A stretch of DNA of 64,000 nt from positions 55,354 through 119,353 of the forward strand of contig JAGRGQ010000004.1 in the NCBI GenBank assembly GCA_020445405.1, written 5' to 3'. The notes under the pieces were generated by a model that worked only from the letters and a program-made list of their open reading frames with translations, ran no database searches and was not told where the DNA came from. How positions within the stretch are numbered: the first letter of the stretch is position 1; the number at the start of each line of letters is the position of its first letter. The DNA is from Gammaproteobacteria bacterium. GTDB taxonomy: Bacteria; Pseudomonadota; Gammaproteobacteria; Chromatiales; Chromatiaceae. The translations under genes and the position numbers were made by a program. Below, one piece after another: positions 29,452 through 39,481 of this stretch.

Positions 29452-31143
29452 TCAGAATTCCGGATTGAGTTTCGGCAGCCGTGCGGTTCTGTGGTGATTG
29501 ATCTGCCGTTTTCGGAAAAAAGGGAAAAGCGCAGGCCTAAGCTGCGCCCTGAAACGTCTTTTCCAGTCTGAAAAATCGACCTGTCCACCTGCATACAGAC
29601 GTTTTTCCAGCTCACCCATCAGCATCTGCATCTGCGTCCTGTCAGATCCGGAGTGAACCCCGGAAAGACGCTCGCCCAGTGTTTTCAATGGTAGCTGGGG
29701 TGGAATCTGCAGATGCTTGTTGGAGAGAAACTTCAGCATATAGCTCCAGACTTCGGGATCCTCCTCTCCCTCGACCACCTTTACGCAGAACCAGAGCCTG
29801 AAGGAGCGTGGCAGCGAGCGTACAAAGATCTGGCGTATTTTCTGCAGGCGCCTGATCGGCGCCAGCCAGGTTAAAAAGGTTTTGCACTGGCGCGCGGTAA
29901 AGCCCGATACCGCAACCACCTCCTCCTCCACGACTTGTACAAAGCGTTTTCTGCGCAGCCAGGAAAGTATCCAGAAGCCGATGGTCAGGCTGAACAGTCC
30001 GATCAGGGGGACCCACAGCAGCAGGGACGATGCACCCGGGAACAGGTCTGGAATCTCTCCTCCGTCCTTTCCAGCATCGCCTTTGATTATGAGCTGACGC
30101 ATCGGGACTGTCTCTGTTTCAGCCTGCGCAGTGTCAACGTTCCACCATGCCAGTTTCAATTCGGGAATCTGCAGCTTTCCGCCCTGTTGCGGCACCAGGG
30201 TAAAGGATTCGGTACGGCGTCCCAGCAGGAAGCGGCCATCGCTGGACACGGAACCCTCGGTTTCGGTTTTTTCCCGGTAGAGATTGAAATCGCCGTTTTT
30301 CTGGAGGTACTCGGCAAAGGAGGGGAGTTGTCCACCGGTGGCACCGACCGCCGAGATATCCACGACCAGGCTGAACGGTTTTCCTGCTGCCGGTTTATCC
30401 GCCCCGTGAATAAAGGATTGGATACTGAGTCCATGCAGTGGCAGCCAGGGCTGAACGGCCGGGTTTACCGGCTGCACATCGATGACCAGGTCGGTACGGG
30501 ACTGTATATCGAACTCGGCGTTGTCCCCGCCGTCCATGACACCTTGAATCCTTATCGCAGGCACTCTGAGCTTGCCCGCTTTGAGCGGCGTCACGGCATA
30601 TCGAAACTGATTGACAAACTCACGTTTGCCGCCGCTGTCTCTGGCATGTGTCGATGGACCTTCCAGATTGGTGAATACCATTGCTCCCGATGGCGGAAGC
30701 CTGGTATCGACGCTAACCAGGTTACTGCTGCTGATCAACTCCAGAGTAAGCAACAGCGTTTGCTGAGCATAGGCCCGGTACTCCGAGAGCCGGACCTCAA
30801 CCCTGGGAGGGGCTGAGGGGAGAGCGCTTCCTGGCGTGCGCTGGGAATAGTTCGGACCTGGCTGCTGCCAGCGCGGTTGATTGCCGTATTGATTGGGAAC
30901 AGCCGGTTGCCGCTGCTGGGGTGGCTGCATAAAGGACTGGCCAGGTACAGCATAGGGTTGCTGCTGGCCGGGCACCGGAAAAGGTTGCTGTTGACCGGGT
31001 TGGTTAAACGGTAACGGCATCCGATAACCCGGGTAAACGGGGTAGTTTTGCTGCGCCATCAGCGGTGTCAGGGTGGTAAGTAACAGTCCCAGCGCAGCCG
31101 GCCAGAGTACTGTGCATCTCGTTCCGCTAGGTGTATGGTTCAT
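29452..31143 (-). CDS. batD: BatD-like (oxygen-tolerance family) membrane protein with a Q/P-rich N-terminal insert
   Basis: 563 aa. It has a signal peptide, a central BatD-like beta-rich region, a TM segment (LLLWVPLIGLFSLTIGFWILSWL) and a basic cytoplasmic tail. It is the last gene of the MoxR-VWA operon. Confidence 0.65.
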   Translation of the reverse strand: MNHTPSGTRCTVLWPAALGLLLTTLTPLMAQQNYPVYPGYRMPLPFNQPGQQQPFPVPGQQQPYAVPGQSFMQPPQQRQPAVPNQYGNQPRWQQPGPNYSQRTPGSALPSAPPRVEVRLSEYRAYAQQTLLLTLELISSSNLVSVDTRLPPSGAMVFTNLEGPSTHARDSGGKREFVNQFRYAVTPLKAGKLRVPAIRIQGVMDGGDNAEFDIQSRTDLVIDVQPVNPAVQPWLPLHGLSIQSFIHGADKPAAGKPFSLVVDISAVGATGGQLPSFAEYLQKNGDFNLYREKTETEGSVSSDGRFLLGRRTESFTLVPQQGGKLQIPELKLAWWNVDTAQAETETVPMRQLIIKGDAGKDGGEIPDLFPGASSLLLWVPLIGLFSLTIGFWILSWLRRKRFVQVVEEEVVAVSGFTARQCKTFLTWLAPIRRLQKIRQIFVRSLPRSFRLWFCVKVVEGEEDPEVWSYMLKFLSNKHLQIPPQLPLKTLGERLSGVHSGSDRTQMQMLMGELEKRLYAGGQVDFSDWKRRFRAQLRPALFPFFRKRQINHHRTARLPKLNPEF

Positions 31144-31152
31144 ATCGTATTC

Positions 31153-32457
31153 CTACCAGGGGCGGGGTTCACTGACCGGGCCGCGCTGCAGTCTGATCAG
31201 GCGCTGCTCCTCCTGCCCGAACTGCTGGCGCAGCAAATAGGCCGGGTTTCCCTCGATCTGGTGCAGCCATTGCTCCATCAGCAGGGACGCAGCGTCGGCT
31301 GCGGTGCCTTCACCCTCTTCTCCGGTCTCCGCTGATCCCCCTTCCGACTCCTGATCCCGGGTTTCTCCGAGCTGTTCAAAATGTTCAACCGCTTCCATGC
31401 CCTCGGCCTTCTGGTTTGCCGGTATCTCATCCGGAAGCGGCAGCATACCCTGTTGACGGTGTCCGGTCATTTCAGTCCGGGGCTCACGCTCGCCTTTACC
31501 GGGCTCTTTCTCGCCCTGTTTACCCGGCAGCGTTGCATCGGGGATTTTTTCACCCTCTCCGGCTTTGTGTTCACTCTCCTTCTGATCGCCGCGTTTCCCC
31601 TTCTCCTGTTCCGCTTCGTCGCCCTCTCCGGTTTCGGTTTCCCCTATCTTGCTGCCTGTGTCTTCCCGGTTCTTCTCCCTGTCGTCTCCCTCGCCATCCA
31701 GATTTTCGTCCCGTGTCTCCTCTTTGCCGGATTCAGGCTTCTCCCTCTGTTCTCCGGATTGACCCTTTTTCTCATTGTTCGCTTCACTCCCGGCCTTGCC
31801 TTCACTGGTCGTCTTCTCTTCCCCTGAGTCGGATTCGTCGCCTTTCTCTCCGTTACTACTGTCTTTTGCTTTCTGCTGCTCCGAATCGTCTCCTCCGGAC
31901 TGGGACTCCTGCTCCTGCTTCTGTTCGCCGGACTGGGACTCCTGCTCCTGTTTCTGCTCTCCGGACTGGGACTCCTGCTCCTGTTTCTGCTCTTCCTGCT
32001 TCTCCTTTTCTTTCTCTTTCTGCTGTTGTTCCTTCTCTTCCTGCTCCAGACGCGCTAGCGCCGCCGGGTCGGTTTTTGCCAGCATTGCCTTGGCAAGGCC
32101 CTGGTTATAGCGCGCATCGGCATGTTCCGGCTCTTCCGCCAATACCTCAAGATAAGCCCGGATCGCGCCTTCATAGTTCTGCTGTTGAAAGCGGGAGTTT
32201 CCCAGATTGAAGCGGGCATCCTGCTGAACCTCGCTGCGTTTGACTTTTTCAAACTGATTTTCTGCGGCCTCGTATTCTCCCGCCCTGTAGAAGGCTACAC
32301 CGCGGCGATACTCGTCTTTGAATGCCTGCGCCGATTGGCTGAATTCGCCTTTTTCGAACAGTCGTTTACCAGTCTGTTCGCTGTTTTCGAACCAGCCCGC
32401 AGAGACCGGCTGGATCGCCAGGCAGAACAGCAGAACAACGCCTCTCAACCGGCTCAT
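31153..32457 (-). CDS. batC: TPR protein (BatC-like) with a roughly 250-aa acidic low-complexity region
   Basis: It has a signal peptide, then TPR-like repeats (FEKGEFSQSAQAFKDEY..AFYRAGEYEAAENQFEKV..GNSRFQQQNYEGAIRAYLEVL). A long E/K/Q/G/S-rich stretch follows, and then a conserved-looking C-terminus LMEQWLHQIEGNPAYLLRQQF. Confidence 0.7.
   Translation of the reverse strand: MSRLRGVVLLFCLAIQPVSAGWFENSEQTGKRLFEKGEFSQSAQAFKDEYRRGVAFYRAGEYEAAENQFEKVKRSEVQQDARFNLGNSRFQQQNYEGAIRAYLEVLAEEPEHADARYNQGLAKAMLAKTDPAALARLEQEEKEQQQKEKEKEKQEEQKQEQESQSGEQKQEQESQSGEQKQEQESQSGGDDSEQQKAKDSSNGEKGDESDSGEEKTTSEGKAGSEANNEKKGQSGEQREKPESGKEETRDENLDGEGDDREKNREDTGSKIGETETGEGDEAEQEKGKRGDQKESEHKAGEGEKIPDATLPGKQGEKEPGKGEREPRTEMTGHRQQGMLPLPDEIPANQKAEGMEAVEHFEQLGETRDQESEGGSAETGEEGEGTAADAASLLMEQWLHQIEGNPAYLLRQQFGQEEQRLIRLQRGPVSEPRPW
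31895..31993 (-). repeat. 3 x 33-nt in-frame tandem repeat inside batC (encodes QESQSGEQKQE x3)
   Basis: Copies lie at 31895-31927, 31928-31960 and 31961-31993. Copies 2 and 3 are identical; copy 1 differs at 3 positions. Confidence 0.95.
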
Positions 32458-33482
32458 CCGTGTTCTCCCGGCACCAGCGTCCGGTAGCGCCTGAATGCGG
32501 GGAGTATCGCGAGCATGGCGGGAAACAGCAGCCAGTAGAAGCGCTCGTTCCAGACCCGTGCCTGCTCGTCGTCGGCCGCCTTTGCCTGGCCTCCCTCCGC
32601 TGCGAGCTGCAATATGCGCGTGGTGTCGTCGTCGCGGAAATCGGCTGCAATATAGGCGCCATTACCCAACGCCGCGAGATGTTTGAGCCTGGATTCTTCA
32701 AGCCTGGATTCAACCGGCTGGCGACGGCTGTCCAGCAAAAAGCGGCCGCTATGTCCTGGAACCGGTCCCCCACCCGGAGTGCCGATGCCCAGTACGTGGA
32801 GCCGCACTCCGGCAGTGCTCAACGACTGCACCGCCTGATCCAGATCGGGCTCCACGAAATCTCCGTCAGAAATGAGCAGAATGCTGTGCTGGCTATCCTT
32901 GGGCTGTCCCGCCAGCAACGTGGCCGCACGCTCCAGCGCTTGCCGCAAACGGCTGCCCTGTAACCGGACGAGATCACTGGAAATAGAGGGTAGCATCGTG
33001 CGTATGGTCTGCCCATCTTCGGTAATGGGTGTGATCACATGCGCCACCGAGGCAAACGCGATCAATCCCACTCTTACCCCCCTGTTGTTGTTGATGAGGT
33101 CTTCAATCTCCTGTCGCGCGCGCGCCATGCGCGAGGGCTGTACGTCGGCAACCTCCATAGAGCGTGAAATATCCAGCAGGATGACCAGGTCGGCCCCGGG
33201 TGTGTACAGTTGGATTTCGGTGAAATCCCAGCGGGGGCCCGCCATCGCAAAAACCAGGGCTGCCCACAACAGCGCCCAGTGCCTGAATTTTTTCCAGCGC
33301 TCACCGGAATCCAGTTCCCTACTGCCGGTCAGGTGGGGCAGCAGATGCGCCTCGGCATACCGGTTGAGGCGCGCAATGTGACCGTACACCTGGCTGCGCC
33401 TGAGCCAGGCGCCTACAGGGAAGATGAGCAGCAGTCCGAGCAGCCACCATGGCGAAGCAAAATGGAAGCCGGTTTCAGGCAT
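32454..33482 (-). CDS. batB: VWA-domain membrane protein (BatB-like)
   Basis: N-terminal TM segments and a VWA domain with the MIDAS motif (VILLDISRSM). It overlaps batA and batC by 8 and 4 nt. Confidence 0.8.
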   Translation of the reverse strand: MPETGFHFASPWWLLGLLLIFPVGAWLRRSQVYGHIARLNRYAEAHLLPHLTGSRELDSGERWKKFRHWALLWAALVFAMAGPRWDFTEIQLYTPGADLVILLDISRSMEVADVQPSRMARARQEIEDLINNNRGVRVGLIAFASVAHVITPITEDGQTIRTMLPSISSDLVRLQGSRLRQALERAATLLAGQPKDSQHSILLISDGDFVEPDLDQAVQSLSTAGVRLHVLGIGTPGGGPVPGHSGRFLLDSRRQPVESRLEESRLKHLAALGNGAYIAADFRDDDTTRILQLAAEGGQAKAADDEQARVWNERFYWLLFPAMLAILPAFRRYRTLVPGEHG

Positions 33483-34521
33483 TGGTTCTTGTCCCCGTCA
33501 AACGCATACGGCCTTCAGGGAACAGGCCGAGCAGCAGCAACAGCAGCAGCGCCGTCGCGAGCGGCCAGCGATACAGTGGGTGAGGTATCAGCACCGTGTG
33601 GCTGTCCGCCTCTGTCTTTTCCAGCGCGTTGATACGCTCGGAGATCTGCTCCAGTGCGCTGGTGTTGGTGGCGCGAAAATAGGCGCCTCCGGTGGATTCG
33701 GCGATATGGCGCAGCGTCGCTTCGTCCAGACCGATGTCGGACTCGGAACGGTACTGACCGTCACTCCCCCGAATCATCACCTCTTTCTGGTTGCTGCCGA
33801 CACCGATCGCGTAAATCCTGATTTGCTCCCGCCTGGCCAGGCGGGCGGCATCCAAAGGTGGAATCAATCCCGCTGTGTTCTCCCCGTCGGTTACCAGCAG
33901 CAGGACCCGGGAACCCTGCGGGCGCTCCCGCAGCTTCTTTACGCTCAGGCCGATTGCATCCCCCATTGCGGTCGCATTGCCCGCCATGCCGGGTTCTATC
34001 TGCTCCAGTATCTGTCTTACCGCACTAATATCCATAGTCAGCGGAGCCTGGATGAACGCCTGATTGCCGAATATCACCAAACCCACCCTGTCCCCCGGCC
34101 GATTCTCGATAAACTTTCCCATGACACCTTTTACCACTGCCATACGGCTGACCGGGCGACCCTCACTGCTGAAGTCCAATGCGGTCATCGAACGCGAAGT
34201 GTCTATTGAGAGCATCAGGTCGTAGCCTGCGCTTTTAATCTCGGTGTAGGGCTCCAGCAACTGCGGGCGCATGGCCGTCAGCGTCAGTGCAATCCATAGC
34301 AGTGTGAGCAGCAGTGCCTGCAGTTTACTGGCGATGGCAGTTCTCGGCCGGTGTGTCTTGAAACTGGTTTCCAGCCTGTTCAGAGCGGGATGCAGCAGCG
34401 TGGTTCTGTGTCCCTCGGTGGGGACTTCCTGGCCCGGGCGGATAAAGCGCGGCCAGAACAGGCGCACCAGCAGCGGCACTGGCAAAAGAAGCGCCATGAA
34501 TGGCCAGAGAAACTCAAACAT
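33475..34521 (-). CDS. batA: VWA-domain membrane protein (BatA-like)
   Basis: MFEFLWPFMALLLPVPLL N-terminus, VWA with MIDAS (LMLSIDTSRSM), and a C-terminal TM segment. Confidence 0.8.
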   Translation of the reverse strand: MFEFLWPFMALLLPVPLLVRLFWPRFIRPGQEVPTEGHRTTLLHPALNRLETSFKTHRPRTAIASKLQALLLTLLWIALTLTAMRPQLLEPYTEIKSAGYDLMLSIDTSRSMTALDFSSEGRPVSRMAVVKGVMGKFIENRPGDRVGLVIFGNQAFIQAPLTMDISAVRQILEQIEPGMAGNATAMGDAIGLSVKKLRERPQGSRVLLLVTDGENTAGLIPPLDAARLARREQIRIYAIGVGSNQKEVMIRGSDGQYRSESDIGLDEATLRHIAESTGGAYFRATNTSALEQISERINALEKTEADSHTVLIPHPLYRWPLATALLLLLLLGLFPEGRMRLTGTRTNA

Positions 34522-35035
34522 GAGCGTATCTCCTGGCTTTTTCCCACCAACGACTGAAATCCTCCCGGTTGTGGGCAGCCAGTCTCATCGCAGCGAGGAT
34601 CAGTTCGTCCAGCTCGTCCGAATTTGTCTGCCGGTTGTCCGGGGCATAGGGCAGATTCAACAGGATACCGCCTCGTCCGCTCCAGTCGAAACCGTTGGGG
34701 TCTGATTGCGCCAGCCAGGTCAGCCACTCGGAACCGGAAATGCGGGCTGTTTTTTCACGCCCAAAGCGGGCAATGGCAATCCGGCGCAGCAGCTCGGAGA
34801 GCCTGGCGGCGCTCTCTTTCTGCGACTGCCGGTTACGCTGCTGCCACAGTTCGCGCAGCGCGACGCGCGCCTCCCACCGCCAGCTTCCGGGAGGGTAGCG
34901 GATGAAGTGACGGATCAGCAGGAAAAGGCCGATCAGCGTCAACAGGAGCAACAGCGCACCGATCCACCAGCCCGGTGCAGGCGGCCACCAGGAGACAGCG
35001 TCAAGCCCGCGGATGTCCCTGAGTTGGCCGGGCAT
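34514..35035 (-). CDS. DUF4381-like single-pass membrane protein
   Basis: The start is placed at ATG 35035 (MPGQLRDIRGLDAVSWWPPAPGWWIGALLLLLTLIGLFLL), overlapping the DUF58 stop (TAATG). The WWPPAPGWW motif followed by a TM segment is typical of the DUF4381 gene found in MoxR/VWA operons. Confidence 0.6.
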   Translation of the reverse strand: MPGQLRDIRGLDAVSWWPPAPGWWIGALLLLLTLIGLFLLIRHFIRYPPGSWRWEARVALRELWQQRNRQSQKESAARLSELLRRIAIARFGREKTARISGSEWLTWLAQSDPNGFDWSGRGGILLNLPYAPDNRQTNSDELDELILAAMRLAAHNREDFSRWWEKARRYAHV

Positions 35036-35946
35036 TACTGCAGTCTCCTGGTCTGGCGCATACCGCGCATCAACGCCTGGTGTACGTCTTCGTCGGTGGC
35101 CACCGGGAGCAGCGGAATTCTTAAGCGACTGGCGACCCCCGCCAGACGTTGCCGGTTCAGTTCCCAAGCGCTTTTGTAGGCGTCTCTGCCGTGCTCATCG
35201 CCGGTTTCGATTTCGAGCAGATTTCCCTCGTGATCGGTAAATAGTGCGCGACCCAGATCGGGCAGATCGTGGTCGGCCCGGTCGTCGATGGGTATCAGCA
35301 CCAGAGAGTGGCGCTGACTGAGTCGGCCGATAGTGGTCTCCAGGCTGGTGACTTCGCGATTCATGTCCGCTATGACGAAAATCAGGCTGCCGGTCGCGGT
35401 ACCGCGCTCGGCCCGCTGCAACGCTTTCAGCAGCGGATCCTTGACCGGCTCACCACCTTCGCTGGGACGCGATAACGCCTTTAACAGTCGCCAGAGTGCA
35501 CGGCGATCCTTGGTCGGGCGGAAATGGTGGGAAGTACTGGCATTGTCGCCGAAGAGAAGTCCGCCCACCCTGTCGTTCAAGCTGTTGGCGGCCCAGCCCA
35601 ACAGTGCCGCCGTACGCGCAGCCTGGATCGATTTGAAGGTTCCCCGGGTGCCGAAACTCATGTGCGGTCCCTGATCAACGCACAGCACGACACTGCGCTC
35701 CCGCTCCTCGCGAAAAGTTTTCAGGTGCGGGCTGTTGGTGCGGGCGGTCACTTTCCAATCCATGTTGCGGATATCGTCACCCTCCTGGTATTCCCGGACC
35801 TCTTCGAAATCGAGACCGGTGCCGCGGAAAACGGATGCATAGAGCCCGCTGAAACTTGAATTGACCAAATGGTGGGACGCCAGTCCAAGCGTTCTCGCTT
35901 GGTGGCGCAGTTCCAACAGATCGTCCAAACGCGGATAGAGCGCCAT
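35035..35946 (-). CDS. DUF58-domain protein (MoxR-associated)
   Basis: 303 aa. FRGTGLDFEEVREYQEGDDIRNMDWKVTARTNSPHLKTFREERERSV is the DUF58 signature. Confidence 0.85.
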   Translation of the reverse strand: MALYPRLDDLLELRHQARTLGLASHHLVNSSFSGLYASVFRGTGLDFEEVREYQEGDDIRNMDWKVTARTNSPHLKTFREERERSVVLCVDQGPHMSFGTRGTFKSIQAARTAALLGWAANSLNDRVGGLLFGDNASTSHHFRPTKDRRALWRLLKALSRPSEGGEPVKDPLLKALQRAERGTATGSLIFVIADMNREVTSLETTIGRLSQRHSLVLIPIDDRADHDLPDLGRALFTDHEGNLLEIETGDEHGRDAYKSAWELNRQRLAGVASRLRIPLLPVATDEDVHQALMRGMRQTRRLQ

Positions 35947-35952
35947 TGGCTT

Positions 35953-36909
35953 TTACGGGATGGCAACCATATCCAGGAGTCGGGAGACGAAGTCGTTATT
36001 GGTAATGCCTTCGGCTTCCGCCTCAAAGGTCAAAAGTACCCGATGGCGAAGAATCTCCGGCGCTATCTGCTGGATATGTCCGGGCGAGACATACTCCTCT
36101 CCATCCAGCCAGGCGCGGGCGCGGGCGCAGCGCGCCAGTGCAATAGAGGCGCGCGGAGAGGCGCCGAATCGGCACCACCGCGCCAGAGTATCGTCATAAG
36201 CCGTCGGGTTGCGGGTGGCCTGGACCAGATCCACGATATAGCTGTTCAGCTTCGGATCCAGAAAAACCCGGGCGACGTCCCGCCGCATTGCGAACAGACT
36301 GGTTTGAGATAGGGGGTTTGCCGGCGGTTGCGGCTTTTCAGTCTGCTTTTTGCTATCCAGATCGAGGATAGCCAACTCCTCGCTGCGCGATGGGTAATCG
36401 ACCCACACCTGCATCAGAAAACGGTCAAGTTGCGCTTCGGGCAGATGGTAAGTGCCCTCTTGCTCGATCGGATTCTGGGTCGCCAGTACCATGAAGAGAT
36501 CCGGCAGCGGATAGGTCCGCTGACCCACGGTAATCTGATACTCACCCATCGCCTCCAGCAGTGCAGACTGCACCTTTGCCGGCGCACGATTAACTTCGTC
36601 GGCCAGCAGAATGTTGTGAAACAGCGGTCCCTGACGGAATTCGAACTCACCTTTTTCGTGGCGGTAGATATCGGTTCCGATCAAGTCCGATGGCAGAAGG
36701 TCGGGGGTGAATTGTACCCGGTGATAGTCCCCTTCGATGGCTTCGGACAGCGCCTTGACTGCTGTGGTCTTGGCCAGTCCCGGCATTCCCTCCACCAACA
36801 AATGTCCATTACTGAGCAGACAGACCAGCATGCTGTCGATGAGGCGCTGCTGACCGATGACATAGGAGGCAATATGCTCCCGAACTGGATCCAGATCTTT
36901 TGGGTTCAT
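35953..36909 (-). CDS. moxR: MoxR-family AAA+ ATPase
   Basis: 318 aa. Walker A GMPGLAKT, Walker B LLADEVNRA, ATQNPIEQEGTYHLPEAQLDRF and GASPRASIAL. Confidence 0.92.
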   Translation of the reverse strand: MNPKDLDPVREHIASYVIGQQRLIDSMLVCLLSNGHLLVEGMPGLAKTTAVKALSEAIEGDYHRVQFTPDLLPSDLIGTDIYRHEKGEFEFRQGPLFHNILLADEVNRAPAKVQSALLEAMGEYQITVGQRTYPLPDLFMVLATQNPIEQEGTYHLPEAQLDRFLMQVWVDYPSRSEELAILDLDSKKQTEKPQPPANPLSQTSLFAMRRDVARVFLDPKLNSYIVDLVQATRNPTAYDDTLARWCRFGASPRASIALARCARARAWLDGEEYVSPGHIQQIAPEILRHRVLLTFEAEAEGITNNDFVSRLLDMVAIP

Positions 36910-37154
36910 GCTTTGATGACTACGGTTGAGACGGTCTGTTTCAGACCTAGGCCAAGATTCCCCGCTTAGATCGAAAAACGGGCTCCCTTTCTACCGCGGT
37001 ATTTGCTCCGCTTGACTTTATCCTGACCTTTTCAACAAATAGATGCAAGAGTTAAGGTTTTATGCCCCCATTGGTTTGGCGACTAATTGGCTTAGATGTT
37101 CTGATGCGGATATAAACAGAATTATGTTTGCAGCAACTGCAGAGAGCGACATTC

Positions 37155-38072
37155 TCAGCGAAGGAGCAGCATCTCAAGCAGCGCTTTCTGCGCGTGCAGG
37201 CGGTTTTCCGCCTCTTCCCAGACGACGCTCTGCTCTCCATCAATAACCGCCGCGCTGACCTCCTCACCGCGGTGGGCTGGCAGACAGTGCATGAACAGCG
37301 CATCGGGATTTGCCAGCGCCATCAGTTGCTCATTAACCTGATATGCTCCGAAATCCCGGGCTCGTTTTCGCTGCTCCTGCTCCTGTCCCATACTGGCCCA
37401 GACGTCGGTAACTATCAGATCCGCCCCGGCAGCGGCGGTTGCTGGATCTGAAACAATGCTGCACCGATCTGCAGCGGGCTGCAGAACCTCATTCTCCGGT
37501 TCATATCCTCGCGGGCAGGCGATGTTCAAACTGAAATCCAGCAAACGTGCGGCGTTGATATAAGAGTGGCACATGTTGTTGCCATCGCCAATCCAGGCCA
37601 CCCGTTTGCCGGCAATATCCCCCCGGTGCTCGAAGTAGGTCTGCATATCGGCCAACAGCTGGCACGGGTGCAACAGATCGGTCAAGGCATTGATTACCGG
37701 CACGCGTGAATGCGCGGCAAAACGCACCAGCGTTTCATGTTCGAAGGTACGGATCATGATACAGTCGACCATGCGCGACAGCACCCGGGCACTATCCTCG
37801 ATTGGTTCTCCGCGACCCAGCTGGGTATCGCGTGAGGAGAGAAACAGCGCATGGCCGCCGAGTTGGGTCATGCCGGTCTCGAACGAGACTCTGGTGCGTG
37901 TGGATGATTTTTCAAAGATCATCGCCAGTGTGCGGCCCGTCAGCGTCGCGTGCGGTTTGCCGGCATGCAGTGTGGTTTTCAGTTCGCCGGCCCGCTGGAT
38001 CAGCTCCCTGAACTCGGCAGGTGAAAGATCGAGCAGGGAGAGAAAATGCCTGGGCATCTTGCGTTGTTTCAT
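37155..38072 (-). CDS. argF: ornithine carbamoyltransferase
   Basis: [25 protein letters not shown] and [11 protein letters not shown] motifs. ATG at 38072, preceded by GGAGAA. Confidence 0.92.
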   Translation of the reverse strand: MKQRKMPRHFLSLLDLSPAEFRELIQRAGELKTTLHAGKPHATLTGRTLAMIFEKSSTRTRVSFETGMTQLGGHALFLSSRDTQLGRGEPIEDSARVLSRMVDCIMIRTFEHETLVRFAAHSRVPVINALTDLLHPCQLLADMQTYFEHRGDIAGKRVAWIGDGNNMCHSYINAARLLDFSLNIACPRGYEPENEVLQPAADRCSIVSDPATAAAGADLIVTDVWASMGQEQEQRKRARDFGAYQVNEQLMALANPDALFMHCLPAHRGEEVSAAVIDGEQSVVWEEAENRLHAQKALLEMLLLR

Positions 38073-38109
38073 ATTTTCATTCTCCGGCTATTCGTTCCAA
38101 AGCCTCATG

Positions 38110-39288
38110 TCACCCCTGATTCAAAAACGCCTTCAACAATGCGGCGATGCGATCGACAAGCTCATCCCCCTCCGGATCGCTCAAAATCAGCGGGGGCAGG
38201 AGTCTGACTACACGTTCCGCGGTAACGTTTATCAGCAGGCCCTGCTCCAGCGCCCTGTTCACCAGTTCGCCGCACGGCCGGTCCAGTTCGATTCCGATCA
38301 ACAGTCCGCGGCCGCGAATCTCCTCGATGCCGGCAGTTCCAGCGAGTCTATCGGCTAACCCGGCCAACAGTCTGGCACCGAGCTCTTTCGCACGATCCAC
38401 AAGGCTGTCGTGCTCAAGCGTACAGATCACCGCCAGCGCCGCGGCACATGCAAGCGGGTTTCCGCCGAAGGTTGAACCGTGATTCCCCGGCGCAAAAAGC
38501 GTTGCAGCTTCCCCCCGTGCCAGGCAGGCGCCGATTGGCACGCCGTTCCCCAGCCCTTTCGCCAGCGTCATCACATCCGGCAGTATCGCGCTGTGTTGGA
38601 AGGAGAACATACGTCCACTGCGCCCCATACCGGTCTGTATCTCATCCAGCATCAGCAGCCAATTCTGTTGGTCGCAGAGCGCGCGCAGGTCGTTCAAATA
38701 ACGGTCCGGCGGAATGTTGATGCCACCTTCCCCCTGGATGGGCTCCACTAAAACAGCCACGACATTGGGACTGTTCTCGGCCACCGACCTGAGGCTGTTC
38801 ATATCACCGAAAGGAACGCGGAGGAATCCTTGAACCAATGGCTCGAAGCCTGCCTGGACCTTACGGCTTCCCGTCGCGGAGAGAGTGGCCAGGGTACGGC
38901 CGTGAAAGCTCCGCTCCATGACGACGATAGCGGGATTCGCAATCTCTTTTCGGTGTCCGTACAGCCGCGCCAGCTTGATGGCGGCTTCGTTGGCTTCGGC
39001 CCCGGAGTTGCAGAAGAAGACGCGTTCCATGCCTGAAATCCGTGTCAATGCCTCTCCCAGCTGCTCCTGCAGTGGAATTCTGTACAGGTTCGAGGTGTGC
39101 AGCAGTTTCCCCGCCTGTTGGCACAGCGCCTCTTTGAGCGCCGGATGAGCGTGCCCCAGTCCGCAAACCGCTATTCCGGAAAGGGCATCCAGATAGCGCT
39201 GACCCGCGGTATCCCACAACCACGCACCTTCACCATGGTGAAAGCTGACCGGTAGCCGTTGGTACGTGGTCATCAATGCGCCTGACAT
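38110..39288 (-). CDS. argD: acetylornithine (succinylornithine-type) aminotransferase
   Basis: LMTTYQRLPVSFHHGEGAWLWD..., NSGAEANEAAIKLAR, LMLDEIQTGMGRSG and TFGGNPLACAAA. The start is placed at ATG 39288, preceded by AAGGAG; the track ORF starts 7 codons upstream, within the SD. Confidence 0.88.
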   Translation of the reverse strand: MSGALMTTYQRLPVSFHHGEGAWLWDTAGQRYLDALSGIAVCGLGHAHPALKEALCQQAGKLLHTSNLYRIPLQEQLGEALTRISGMERVFFCNSGAEANEAAIKLARLYGHRKEIANPAIVVMERSFHGRTLATLSATGSRKVQAGFEPLVQGFLRVPFGDMNSLRSVAENSPNVVAVLVEPIQGEGGINIPPDRYLNDLRALCDQQNWLLMLDEIQTGMGRSGRMFSFQHSAILPDVMTLAKGLGNGVPIGACLARGEAATLFAPGNHGSTFGGNPLACAAALAVICTLEHDSLVDRAKELGARLLAGLADRLAGTAGIEEIRGRGLLIGIELDRPCGELVNRALEQGLLINVTAERVVRLLPPLILSDPEGDELVDRIAALLKAFLNQG

Positions 39289-39481
39289 GTTCGGGCTCCT
39301 TAAAAACAAAAGGCAGCCCTGCTTGCTGGTTTGCCGGGGCTACCCTGTTGTATTTGCTGAGATATCTGTTTGCGTGCAAAGACCTGAAATCTTATCCCGG
39401 TTCGTCATCCGTAGCAAGCGGATCAGGTTGACTGTCAATTGCTCCAGTGGCTTGTTTCGTTAAGAAATAGCGCCTATCTTA

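Noticed and set aside
31895-31993. The tandem 33-nt repeats were considered as a mini CRISPR-like or noncoding VNTR array.
   Set aside because: The repeats are directly abutting with no spacers. They are in-frame (33 = 11 codons) and sit inside the batC ORF, encoding QESQSGEQKQE x3, so they are a coding tandem duplication.
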